Shown piece by piece: positions 39,111-49,472 of a stretch of 64,000 nt of DNA. The stretch lies in the IMG/VR virus record IMGVR_UViG_3300050821_003860, positions 4,023-68,022 of that record; one strand, written 5' to 3'. Under the pieces are notes generated by a model. That model worked only from the letters and a program-made list of their open reading frames with translations. It had not been told where the DNA came from and ran no database searches. A program made the position numbers and the translations under genes. The stretch is from a virus. The first letter of the stretch is position 1. The number at the start of each line of letters is the position of its first letter.

Positions 39111-40856
39111 ATGCGTTGGCTCCGGTTGGCTCTGCTCTGTTTCGCCTTGTTCGCCGTCGTTTTCGCTCAATCTCCCGTCCAGCCCTCCATTCCCACGAAG
39201 GGCAAACCGCCCGATCCTCCCGCAGAAGACGGGCCTATCAAGCCACACGCTACAACCGATTCAGGAGTGCGGGAGGCTCTACGTGATATCGGGATCGAGG
39301 CTGTCTTCGGTGCGGGTCCAGTCACGCGGTATATCTTCATCGACGACACCGATGAGGAGTTGTTCAAGGCCACGGTCCTAGCGCTGCACTACGTTCTGCG
39401 GGCGAGTCATCCGATCCACTACACGGCGATACCGGGACCGCTCTCGGTCATCATCCGGGTGGACTTGAGCGAGTCTTACCCTGGAGAAAAGAACCTGGCG
39501 GACGTGTTGAAGGTGTGGGAAGGATTCCGGTTCGACCCGCAATTCAATCTCCTGCTGACGCCCGATGTCGTCGAACTCTCGGCGTTCTCGGTCAAGATTC
39601 CCGATGAGGCGAAAACGGGGGAAACGCTACGCTTCAACGCTCCCGACCTCGATCAGCAGCAGTACGAGATACTCAAAGCGGTAACTGGTAGTCAGGCGCC
39701 GATCGTTGACTACCGCTATTTGATCTTCCGCGCCCTCTCCACGATCAAAGATGACGGGCCGTACCGTGATATCTTCGGAGGGCTGTACTATGACCTGCGA
39801 GGAATCAAGAAAGCCGATGCCGAGCAGAAGAAAAAGGGGGCGACCGACCAAGACGTTTTCTTTGAAACTCTCGGTGTCGGGAATATTGCTGCTGGGGAAC
39901 CTTACGAAAAGCTGCTTGACCGAGTCCGAGGGGATCTTCGTCCGTCTCTGTTTATATCGGACGTTACGGGCCATCCTCGCTCCGTTGTTGCCTTCCACAC
40001 ACCCGGAGAGCGAGAGGGAGGATCCTGGGGCGCCGTCACCTGGGATTTGAAGCGAAAGAGCATCGACGTTCGACAACACCCGGTACTCTCGCAGATCAAA
40101 CCCAAGATCGACGCGCAGGAAGCGATCTTCGGCACGGCGGTTCTCCCGATCTTCGCCCTGTTCGACGGCAAGGGGAACTTGCTGGAGAAAGCCGACGCGG
40201 ACGTAGTAGCAGATCGCACCGCACAGGCACCGCACGATACGGAGTTGCAATCAGCGATATCGTGTATCAGGTGTCATTCGGAGGAAACTTGGAAGCCGCT
40301 CCGGGATGACATTGCCGGATTGCTGGAAGCCGATAGGGTGCGAATCTTCGCGGATGTGCAATTCTCAAACGACTTGGCCGACAGTCAGGACAGAGTTTTG
40401 GCCCTCCATTCGGTGATACCGGGCCGTCCACCGGGTCCGAGAACGCGACAGCAGCGCATCCTCGACAAACTTTTACAGAGGGAAAGAGACGACTTTGGGC
40501 AAATGGTCGCAGAAATAACCGGCCCGTGGAAGCGACTGACCGGACATCAAGAGGATGTCGGGAAAGTGGCGACAGCCAAGATCGCATCCATCTACGCCGA
40601 CTTTTGGTACTCGCCAGTGTCAGCGCACGAGGCGTTACTCGACATTGGTCTATCCGTCCCCCCCGCGCGATCGGCGGACGTTCTGACGAAACTGCTGGCC
40701 GAAGAATCGGGCAAGGTTCTCGGCGTGCAGTTTGAGGACATCCGTCTGACCCAACTCGCGGCGGGCGGAAAGATAGGCCGAGCGGACTGGAGTCTCATTA
40801 GATCATTCGCTGCCGGGCGAGTGAATGCAGGGGTGGCGAAGCTACTCAAGCCCTAG
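39111..40856 (+). CDS. Secreted protein with single CxxCH (putative c-type cytochrome)
   Basis: Signal peptide; SAISCIRCH. Confidence 0.7.
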   Translation: MRWLRLALLCFALFAVVFAQSPVQPSIPTKGKPPDPPAEDGPIKPHATTDSGVREALRDIGIEAVFGAGPVTRYIFIDDTDEELFKATVLALHYVLRASHPIHYTAIPGPLSVIIRVDLSESYPGEKNLADVLKVWEGFRFDPQFNLLLTPDVVELSAFSVKIPDEAKTGETLRFNAPDLDQQQYEILKAVTGSQAPIVDYRYLIFRALSTIKDDGPYRDIFGGLYYDLRGIKKADAEQKKKGATDQDVFFETLGVGNIAAGEPYEKLLDRVRGDLRPSLFISDVTGHPRSVVAFHTPGEREGGSWGAVTWDLKRKSIDVRQHPVLSQIKPKIDAQEAIFGTAVLPIFALFDGKGNLLEKADADVVADRTAQAPHDTELQSAISCIRCHSEETWKPLRDDIAGLLEADRVRIFADVQFSNDLADSQDRVLALHSVIPGRPPGPRTRQQRILDKLLQRERDDFGQMVAEITGPWKRLTGHQEDVGKVATAKIASIYADFWYSPVSAHEALLDIGLSVPPARSADVLTKLLAEESGKVLGVQFEDIRLTQLAAGGKIGRADWSLIRSFAAGRVNAGVAKLLKP

Positions 40857-41472
40857 GCAGATGGGTCCAGTTCAGGTGTCGGATGATCCTACGGATTGTT
40901 TTCTCTGTGACGCCGAATTCAGCGATGAGTTCCTGAAGGTTGCCTTTGGTCGGAGGAATATAGCGACGGCGAATCTCCATTACTTGCTCAGAGGTCAGCT
41001 TGGCCGTGTTGATCCGCTCGCCCTTGCAGTTCCTTTTCTTGGCCATCTTGTCAGCGATGTTGTCCAGTTCCGTTCCGATGAACAGGTGGGACAACCGGAC
41101 GCATGAGGGATTGTCGCAGTGATGAAGTATCTGAAGGTTTTTGCCAATAGGACCATGAGCCTGTTTCCAGACCCAGCGATGGGTAAGGACGCCTTTGCCG
41201 CTGTCTCGGAATTGCCCATAGCCATCCGTCGTTTTTCCTCGTGTCCATACCCAACAATGACCGAGTTCTGGCCTATGGGGCGGGATCGGACCTTTCTTGT
41301 CCACGTAAGACCAGAATCGTTCCCGAATTCGTTCGGGCCGAACTTCCCATGCTTCCTTGCATTTACGAGAACAGAACTTACCAATGCCGGTTTTGATTTG
41401 ATAAGCGGTCGCCAGAACGGTACCGCCGCATTGAAGACAGGGGATGTCGGTCTTGATACGATGATGGGACAT
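40846..41472 (-). CDS. HNH homing endonuclease with C-terminal HTH
   Basis: RFWSYVDK, CWVWT, GYGQF, THRWVW, ILHHCDNPSCVRLSHLFIGT..DN, AKLT. Confidence 0.92.
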   Translation of the reverse strand: MSHHRIKTDIPCLQCGGTVLATAYQIKTGIGKFCSRKCKEAWEVRPERIRERFWSYVDKKGPIPPHRPELGHCWVWTRGKTTDGYGQFRDSGKGVLTHRWVWKQAHGPIGKNLQILHHCDNPSCVRLSHLFIGTELDNIADKMAKKRNCKGERINTAKLTSEQVMEIRRRYIPPTKGNLQELIAEFGVTEKTIRRIIRHLNWTHLPRA

Positions 41473-41868
41473 CGGGAAGTCTCCTTTCCTGGTGTCAGGG
41501 AGCGGCGTGCTGACACACGGCCGCTCCATCATTTTAGTGGAAATCTCCAGAGAGAGTAGCCATAATGCGTGCGGGCCGGATCAACCATAACATCGCTAGA
41601 CTACTGGCTGAGCAGAAGGGGAAGCCGTGATGGACGTACAAGCCGGTTTGGCAGCAATGAAGGGCGCCGAATGGGTTCTTTTCGGGGTTTTGATACTCTG
41701 CACGGTTGTTTTCCCGCTAACCTTGCTTTTCAGTTACTTGTCTGAGAAATATGAGGCTAAACGTAGACTTCGCAAAGCTGCTCTAGAGATAATCAACGGC
41801 TTGAGGGATGGCACAATAGTTCCAGACGAGCCATTATCTCAACGGTCTAATTTCACGAAAGGAAACCC

Positions 41869-42945
41869 ATGAAACTCCTCTCAGGCACCGTCGCCTGCCT
41901 ACTGCTGTTACTCATCGTCGCGCCATCTCCGGCAAACGACCCCTACCCGGAAGAAATGGACGGTCGCACAACGGATCGTGGCTACCGATACCACGACGGG
42001 TACTGGTGGAAGAATGGCATCTCGTTCACTCGGCACGGCGTCTACGAAACCGCCTACCGGTCCTACGGCTGCTGCGGACAGACGCAAGCGTACCAGCGGC
42101 TAGTTCGGGTGGACTATGAGCCCTACGTAGTTGCCGCGCCTCCCTATGTCGCGCCGTTGCCTACGGTGAAGTACACGCCCAACTGGCAGACCGAAGCCCT
42201 GAAGACGATGGCCAAGCGGGATGACCTGAACGCCTTCAGCAACACGGTCCAGACCCTTAACGCGACCGCGATCCAGGGCACCTATCCCAGCGTCACGGCT
42301 CACGGCACCTACGCCGGTGGCTACGGCGTCTCCGGAACGACCCTGTACGCACGCGGCGGCTACAACGCTCTGACGAGTCAGCTTTACTCGACGTTCGACC
42401 TCAACGGGGCCAACATCCAGTACGCCCAGGCCACGAATAACCTCATCCGGGCAGCCAAAGACGCCCACGGTGACTTTGGGCAGATTACTTCCCAATTCAA
42501 CGAAGGGGCGCGGCAGGTGGCGGTTATCCAAGCCCTCGCTTCCGGAAGTCAGCAACCGCCCGTCTCGGCGTCTACCTCGTTCCAAGCCGCCCCTACCGCT
42601 CCCGTTGCACCAGTGGCCCCACAGGCTCCGCAGACGCCTCAAACCGGCCCTACGATGCCCCGGGCGCCGGAAGACGTTGGCGCGGCCTTAACGGCGGTCT
42701 GGCAGAACCGGTGTGCAAGTTGTCATACCGGAGCGCAGGCACAGAAGGGATTCACGTTCCAGACCTATCAAGGGTTGAGCCGGCAGGCCAAGATCGACAA
42801 GGTTTGGATGCGGCTAGTTTCGGAGGATTCGGCGCGATTGATGCCTAGAACAAAGGATGGCGTTGGGCAGAGGCTTCCGGATAGTGAGTTGGCCATCTGG
42901 CACAGCGACATCCTTAACATGCCAAGTCCGACTCAGAAGCAGTGA
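41869..42945 (+). CDS. Secreted protein with C-terminal planctomycete-type cytochrome c domain
   Basis: Signal peptide; NRCASCH...LMP (distal Met)...LPDSELAIW. Confidence 0.75.
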   Translation: MKLLSGTVACLLLLLIVAPSPANDPYPEEMDGRTTDRGYRYHDGYWWKNGISFTRHGVYETAYRSYGCCGQTQAYQRLVRVDYEPYVVAAPPYVAPLPTVKYTPNWQTEALKTMAKRDDLNAFSNTVQTLNATAIQGTYPSVTAHGTYAGGYGVSGTTLYARGGYNALTSQLYSTFDLNGANIQYAQATNNLIRAAKDAHGDFGQITSQFNEGARQVAVIQALASGSQQPPVSASTSFQAAPTAPVAPVAPQAPQTPQTGPTMPRAPEDVGAALTAVWQNRCASCHTGAQAQKGFTFQTYQGLSRQAKIDKVWMRLVSEDSARLMPRTKDGVGQRLPDSELAIWHSDILNMPSPTQKQ

Positions 42946-42947
42946 GG

Positions 42948-42995
42948 TGTATAGTAACTGTATAGCCAGAAAGAAAACTATACAGTTGCTATACA
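42948..42995. promoter_or_regulatory. 18-bp inverted repeat built from four TGTATAG heptads
   Basis: TGTATAGTAACTGTATAG-N12-CTATACAGTTGCTATACA. Confidence 0.65.
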
Positions 42996-43235
42996 GGTCC
43001 AGCGGCACCGAAGTAGCGTACCTTTCAGGAGATATCATGGCAATTGGCGTGAAGAAACGAACCGGAGCCCGAATGATGCGTCAACTGGCTCGGCAATCGA
43101 AGTGCCAAACAGGACGCCGACCGAACCGGTACAACCCGAACAAGCCGGACTACAAGGCTGTCCACGGCATACTCGGGTCGCTGGCGTTTCTGAACCGGTA
43201 GAATTGAGTCACTTTCCCACAAAGGAGAATCAACC

Positions 43236-43685
43236 ATGCGTAAACTCGTTCTGACCCTTCTGGTCCTGTTCGCCGTCTCCCACTCGGCCGAGGCTGCCAA
43301 AGGCGTTGCCAAGGCATCTTTCCGGGGCCGGGGCTTTAGAGGCGGCTTTGCCGGTGCCGGGCTCGGTTTCAACCGGTTCGGCTTCGGTGGATTCGGCGGG
43401 GACTTTGGCGCCTCGTTCATTCCGGGGTTTGGCTTCGGTAACGGAATCGGCATCAACACGTTCGGCAGCGGTTTCGGAGTCAACGCCTTCGCCCTCCAGC
43501 AGCCCGTGATCGTGCAGCAGGTTCCCGTGACGGCCAGCTTCAGCGCCTTCTCGGCGGGTAGCTGCGGCGGGGTCGGAGCAGCCATTGAACCGGGCTTTGG
43601 CTCGGCTTTCGGTGCGAACAGCTTCGGTAACGGATTCGGAGGTGGCTTCAGCAACTTCCGCTTCCGTGGTCGTGGTCGTTTCTAA
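43236..43685 (+). CDS. Secreted Gly/Phe-rich low-complexity protein
   Basis: AAGGAG RBS, signal peptide, GFG/FGG repeats. Confidence 0.75.
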   Translation: MRKLVLTLLVLFAVSHSAEAAKGVAKASFRGRGFRGGFAGAGLGFNRFGFGGFGGDFGASFIPGFGFGNGIGINTFGSGFGVNAFALQQPVIVQQVPVTASFSAFSAGSCGGVGAAIEPGFGSAFGANSFGNGFGGGFSNFRFRGRGRF

Positions 43686-43894
43686 CGGGTCCACTCCCGG
43701 AGCCGGGCGCTTGAACTCACCCGCAGTGGCTTGTTGCCACTACTTTGAAAGCCGGTTCCGGGAGTTTTGAAACAGGAGCGGCCGTGGAAGAGAAACCCTG
43801 TTGCTCGCTCCGCATCGACTTGTACGTGCATTTTGTACAACCACCGCCGCGTGGAATCTCCAATTTCACCGGCCATCAAGTGAAAGGAAAGAAC

Positions 43895-44236
43895 ATGGCC
43901 GCAGACGCAGTATTCCAAGGCACCGAAGACGTTGACCCGAACGCCGTCAAAGGCGTGACGAGTTTCTTGCTGAACGGGACTCTCAGTCCCAGCACCTTCA
44001 CCCGTACCATCGTGCCCGGGCAAACGTCGCCCGCGATCAGCTACATGGGGTCCACCCCCACTCCTCCCGCACTCGTGGCCGGAGACAAGGTCCAGGCCAG
44101 TGACGTGACCAGCGACAACCAGAATCCGCCGCTGTCGTCTCCGGCGATCCTCAGCAACGTGGTGACGATTCAGGCGGCGCAACCGGCGCCGACGGGAATA
44201 ACCGGCTTCGTCGGGAAGCAGGTCGGGGCACCTTGA
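43895..44236 (+). CDS. Hypothetical beta-rich protein
   Basis: AAGGA RBS; may extend upstream in frame. Confidence 0.55.
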   Translation: MAADAVFQGTEDVDPNAVKGVTSFLLNGTLSPSTFTRTIVPGQTSPAISYMGSTPTPPALVAGDKVQASDVTSDNQNPPLSSPAILSNVVTIQAAQPAPTGITGFVGKQVGAP

Positions 44237-44643
44237 ACCACTCCGGCGCCCGACCTCCAACTCGGCGGGAAAACCGATGCCTTGCAGTTTTCGAGGGCGC
44301 CAATGGGCCGGGGTCACTCCCGGCTCTTCTTACTTAGAGGGATAACGCATGATTGATTCTGAAATCGAAAGGGAAGATAACCAAACCGAATTGATCTTCA
44401 TGTCCGATCCACTCGTGCGCGAGGTACTAGAAAGGCGCATTTCGGCTATTCTTGCGGACACATCAAAGGAATCGAATTGGGAAGACCTATTTGCAGAAGA
44501 TGCTATATCCTAAATCGGCAAGTCGGCGGGCATTGTGCCCGCCCATTCCCTATCCGTCAGCGGTGGCGAAGTTTGACGGCCTAGACACCGCCGAACGGAG
44601 CACGAGAATTCGTCCATTGTACAATGAATAGGATAGCCTCACA

Positions 44644-45720
44644 ATGCCCTACCCCTACTTCACCGCCCCGCCCCCGTCCGGAGACACAACCGGCGCCACG
44701 GACACGGCCCAACTTCAGGGCGCGATCAACTCCACACCGGATACCGCGTGCCTGCTCTTTCCCTGCCCGGCACCGTACTACATCAACGCCCGCCTCAATG
44801 TCTTCTCCCGCGCTGGTCTGCGTCTCCTGTCAATGGGGTCTCCGGACACGCTCGGCATCGGCAAGCGGGGCACTGAGCTAATCTGGAAGGGTCCGGTCGG
44901 CATCGACTCGGCCCTGTCGCTGAACTACGCTCACCGCTGCTCAGTGGAAGGGATAGCCCTATCCTTCGATGGGAGCACTACGCCGCCTCTCGCTGGCCTG
45001 CGCCTCGACCAGTGGCCGGATCCCACGATGCCGAAGCCTACGATCACGACCACGACCGCCTGCGAGGTCACGCGCTGCCTGGTGACGGCTCCGGTGTCAC
45101 CCCCCGGTACACCTGCGACCTTCCAGTGTGTCAGCCTCGCGCAAGTCTCTCAGCAGAACGTCGATTTGATGACCTTTGACCGCCTGGTGTGCCAGGGGGG
45201 CGCAGTGGGTGTCTGGCAGGGCAGCAACAGCAACGGCAAGGGACAACTCGGGCGCCGGTGCCAGTTCAACAAGTGCGGCACTGCGGTTCACTTCCTCTCC
45301 GGATCCGGAGCCTGGGAGGATTGCACGGCTCAGAGTTGCGGCGTGGACGTGCAGAACGATGGCGTATCGGACTTTTGGGTAGTGGAGCGCTGGAACTCCG
45401 AAGGCGCTGGCATGGCCATATCCGTGCAGGGATCGTCTGCCATTGCCGCTGTCCGCAATAGCCGGTGGGGAAATATGACGGGACCGGCCGCAGTGTGGCA
45501 CCGCAATCTGCCGGGGTTATTCTTGGAAGGGAACTATTTTCAAGGCGCCTGGAATGGAGGCGTCCCATTTACGGCGCCATTCCAGCTTCCGCCGGCCGGT
45601 CAGGCACCGATCACGGCGACGAAATTGCATTGCTCCGGGAATCGGTGGTATCAGATGCTCCCGAAGTTAACGCAGCAGTTCGGGATATGCAGCATTGGTA
45701 TGCCCGATAGTGAGACTTAA
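44644..45720 (+). CDS. Right-handed beta-helix (pectin lyase-like) protein, possible depolymerase
   Basis: SGDTTGATDTAQLQGAIN N-cap followed by beta-helix-like repeats. Confidence 0.65.
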   Translation: MPYPYFTAPPPSGDTTGATDTAQLQGAINSTPDTACLLFPCPAPYYINARLNVFSRAGLRLLSMGSPDTLGIGKRGTELIWKGPVGIDSALSLNYAHRCSVEGIALSFDGSTTPPLAGLRLDQWPDPTMPKPTITTTTACEVTRCLVTAPVSPPGTPATFQCVSLAQVSQQNVDLMTFDRLVCQGGAVGVWQGSNSNGKGQLGRRCQFNKCGTAVHFLSGSGAWEDCTAQSCGVDVQNDGVSDFWVVERWNSEGAGMAISVQGSSAIAAVRNSRWGNMTGPAAVWHRNLPGLFLEGNYFQGAWNGGVPFTAPFQLPPAGQAPITATKLHCSGNRWYQMLPKLTQQFGICSIGMPDSET

Positions 45721-45726
45721 ACAGAA

Positions 45727-45759
45727 CGGCCCCCGGCAGACTCGATTGCCGGGGGCCGT
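45727..45759. terminator. Terminator hairpin at the convergence of late and early arms
   Basis: ACGGCCCCCGGCA-N8-TGCCGGGGGCCGT; T-rich tail on the - strand. Confidence 0.75.
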
Positions 45760-45828
45760 CGCTACACTAGATTGCCTTTGTAGTCGTAATGCATTCCTTG
45801 AAAATTGACATGATCGGGCACTTCCACA

Positions 45829-48800
45829 TCACCTCCTTTTCTTTCGCTTGCGGATCATTTCCAGAGCCATCTGGTAGCCACACAGGCGAGCGTAGAACAC
45901 TGGGCTAGGATCGTACAGTGGCCAGCGGGCGCCGCGCCCACAACCGCAAGCACACTTCGGGCGAAGCTTGCGAGGAGTTTTATCGCCACGTTCTTTGCGT
46001 TCTAGATACTGGCGCCGGCGTTCCGCGCGTTCCTCATTCTCATTCGTGCGCTCTTGCTGCTCAATCTCTTCGGAGGTTCGGATTCGCAGCAGTGTCAGTT
46101 CGCTCATGGCTTCATCTCCGGGAACAACTCTTTCTGTCGTGCCACTGAGACACACCCTTTGACTGGCATTTCTCGCGCGGGCAGCGGATCGTAATCCCGT
46201 CCTGCTCATAGTAGGTTTTCATCTTCTCTCCCTCAGTCAGACAGGAACCCCGCGCAGGTGTGAACCGGGTATACACCCAGCGGTCACTGCCTCGCCGCGA
46301 ACCACGCCCGCGCCTGCGTGCGAAGTACGTGCAGAGCTACGCTTAGCCGTTCATCGCCATCATCGAAGTCTGCCAGCTTTCGCAGGATCGCCTCGGCGCC
46401 GTCGAGACGGCTGGCCTTATTACAGAGTTCAACGAGACTTTCTCCGACGCAGTACCGATTAGTAGTGAAAGGATATGGGGAATCGTGAGCAGTTACGGCC
46501 GCCAAATCCCTGCCGTTGGCGTCAAAGATGTGCAAGCCTTCGTGCCGCAATGGAAGGCGAATGTGCGTGTTCTTGTCGCTCGCCGGCTCTTTGTGCTCTA
46601 CGTTCGCCGGCTTTACAGCCTGAGTGTAGACCCATCTCTTACAAGGACATCCTCCAGTGGTACACGCTCCGGTGGGACCGTGACAGTCGAGAGGATGCCA
46701 GCAAGCGCTACACAGTGGCTTGTGCTCTACGTTCGCCATTGCTCATGTACCTCGGGGTTAGGCGTGGGGTGGGGCGTCGGGGAGAGGAAGATTGCCCATT
46801 GGCTTCCAGTGCGTAGGTTGTGGCCTGAGAGTACGGCCCTCATCGTCCACGAAGCGATCAAGTCGCCCTTGGCACTCGCCGAGTTCGATGTATTGGCCAT
46901 CGGATAAGAGCACTCTTTCGCCGAATCCGGGGTGGTTGTCCTCGATCAGTTGCCACTCCTGCCGCTCCGCTTCCAGTTCGGCGACTCGCTGAGCCAGAGA
47001 AATAGCCTTGTCAATCTGTCCCTCAGAAGCAGCCACCCGCGCCGCAAGCCGACAACCGATGGCATGCCCCTGGTCGTGGTATTGGTAGCAGCACGGGCAC
47101 TGCGAGTCACGTAACGCCACACCATCGGTGTTCCATTCGATGTCGTGGAAGAGAAGCGAGTCCGTGTCGCGCTGGGCTTCCAGATCGGCGACGCGGGCCT
47201 TGAGCCGCGTCACTTCTTTCGACAGGGAGACTATTTCTGCGCCCATTTCATCCGGCATTCGACTTACCCTCCAAAAGCTGAACCCTAGAATCGAGAGCAC
47301 GAGCAATCCGAACATTCTCTAGAATCTTAGAAAGGTTACTTAATCGCTCTCTGACTGACTCGTCCCACTCGCTCCAATCTGTTCCGTCTTGGTGCCAACC
47401 ATCGAGCAGTTGGGCGATATCCGGCATCAAACGATCGGCAAATTCTACTGCTGCTACCAACGGCTGTAGTGCGGCTTCGAGGTCCGCGATGCGTTCTTCC
47501 GCTTGCTCAACCCTGACGACCTCTTCGGCGTGAGAGTCCCAAGCTTGCTTCGCTTCTCGCTCGGCCGCATTCGCGCGGGCCCGCTCGGCGTCCAAAGCCG
47601 TCTCAGTAAACAATCGCGTCCCATGTGGGTACTGCTGTACGTCTCTGAAACGCACGATCCTGGCGTACCCGTCGTCTCGGTGTTCTATGAAAGCAACCGC
47701 ATCGTCCGTCGCCGGTCTCACCTCATCAGCCATCACGCACCGCCTTTCTGAGCGATACAGTCGACGATGGCTCGGCGTGCTTTTTCCAGATTAGCTCTGG
47801 CCTTCTCCTGAGCCTCAGCACTGCCGCCGAATACTCTCAATTGGTACTCCAACCTGACGTAGTCGCGGAATTTGTTGATCCGCCTTTCAAGCTTTCTCTG
47901 CTGCAAGCTCTTGACCATTGGCTCCCTCCCCTATTTGTGATCAAAGATTCTGTTCTTCCCACCCGCTTTTCGCGTCCATCTCTCGATCACAGCGGCGACC
48001 GTAACCACCACTAGGAGTACAAGCCACACCCGGCCAGCCCAGAGGCAGACGAAGTCGAATCCGGTCAGGTCCATGCCCCCTACTCCCCCTTTTCGTGCCC
48101 CGATTCGCCTCGTGCCGGGACCGGCTCCAAGCCCTCTCTGCGCTGCCGGAGAATGTCCAAACAGTAGAGAACACCCACGCATTCGAGACAACTTCCGCAG
48201 GCTCGCAGGTGATCGCAGTAGTGGTCAGCTATCGCTTTAGCTGCCGACATATTCTCCTCTACCGCACCCTGCCGTCGGGCCGCGTCTTCGGCCTCGCGGA
48301 TGATGACGGCAACGCATTCCTGGCAAGGCGAGCTTTCAAAAGTGTGCGTACACTTATCGAATGCTTTCGCTATTCTCTCTTCCGGAGTCGGTATCACATC
48401 TCAGCCCTCCCTTGGTTCCCCTTGCTCACCCCCGGACAGTCAGCCCGAAAAAGGCCACAAACCGTGCCGATGCAACCACGTCCCAAACCGGCTGCCGGGG
48501 TTCCTTGACCCGAACTCGAAACCCAAGACGTAAAATCCCCAGCGACCAGAAATGACCCCCGGCTTATTACGGAAAAGGCCGCAGTAGTCGCCGGACTTAC
48601 ACCTGGTTCGCCACCACGGAAAGCTGCTAATTAAAAAAGGTCCAAGCTTCATCTGTCGATCCCCTCCACAGAGTTAGCTCCCAGGTAGGGCTGTCACCCT
48701 GGCACGGGCTTTTCTTCCCGATGGTTGTAAATCACGCTCTTGTAAACATCGACATGTACGTAGTGCTTGTGCTTCCGAGCGTGTATTGCTGCGGCCCCGA

Positions 48801-48888
48801 GAGCGTTTCGACTGGACAGCTTCCAGCCGCACGTATCGCAAAAGGCTACGTAATCAGGCTTGGTCGACCACTCACGTCGATTGCTCAT
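45829..48888 (-). CDS. Run of small early ORFs, including a DUF551-like protein (46758 to about 47258; PTHWKPM)
   Basis: Coupled start/stop codons and RBS; WQLIED..P...QPTHWKPM motif. Confidence 0.55.
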
Positions 48889-49472
48889 GTTTACCTCTCA
48901 GCTACTCTCTGCGGGCTTGGTCGGGGTGGCTGGCAGCTTCCAGAAGGGCCGGCAGAACAGGCCGCAGCCTACAAATCATTCGCCAGTCGTCTTTTGCTCA
49001 TCTCGACCGAGAGATACTTGAGATGTTTTTCGTCCTCAAAATCGCGGTACCGCCAATTTCCCGGCGCTACCGGCGTTGATTTGGCCAGCAGTTCTCGCAA
49101 CTCAGCTATCACTTCTGGAGTTAGTTCACTGGTCATAGTTCTCTCCCTTGCGTCCTTTTCTACGCGGTGTCCGAAAGGATGCGGATTAGCTGGCCTTCCG
49201 CAACAGCTTCCTCATGTAGCCGACTCTCTGCGGGTTTTGCAGCGTGACTACATCGACCCAGCTTGGCAGTCCAAGCCAGTCCGCTACCCCGTTGCCCGCT
49301 GCGTAGATCATCTCGCGCGTCCACTGCCGCCTCTTGGGGTAGTGCGACCGCACCACAGAGAGGATGATTCAAGGGCTGCCGTCGTCTCGAATCATTCCCT
49401 GCCTACTGTCCAGGACGGCCCTTCTGGCAGCCTGTTTGTCTTCGTGGGTCAACACGATAGTTGCTCCGCGTT

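Noticed and set aside
44237-44640. Hairpin-rich intergenic segment as an ncRNA
   Set aside because: Stems are short, and a plausible 54-aa ORF (about 44349-44513) occupies the middle; evidence too weak.
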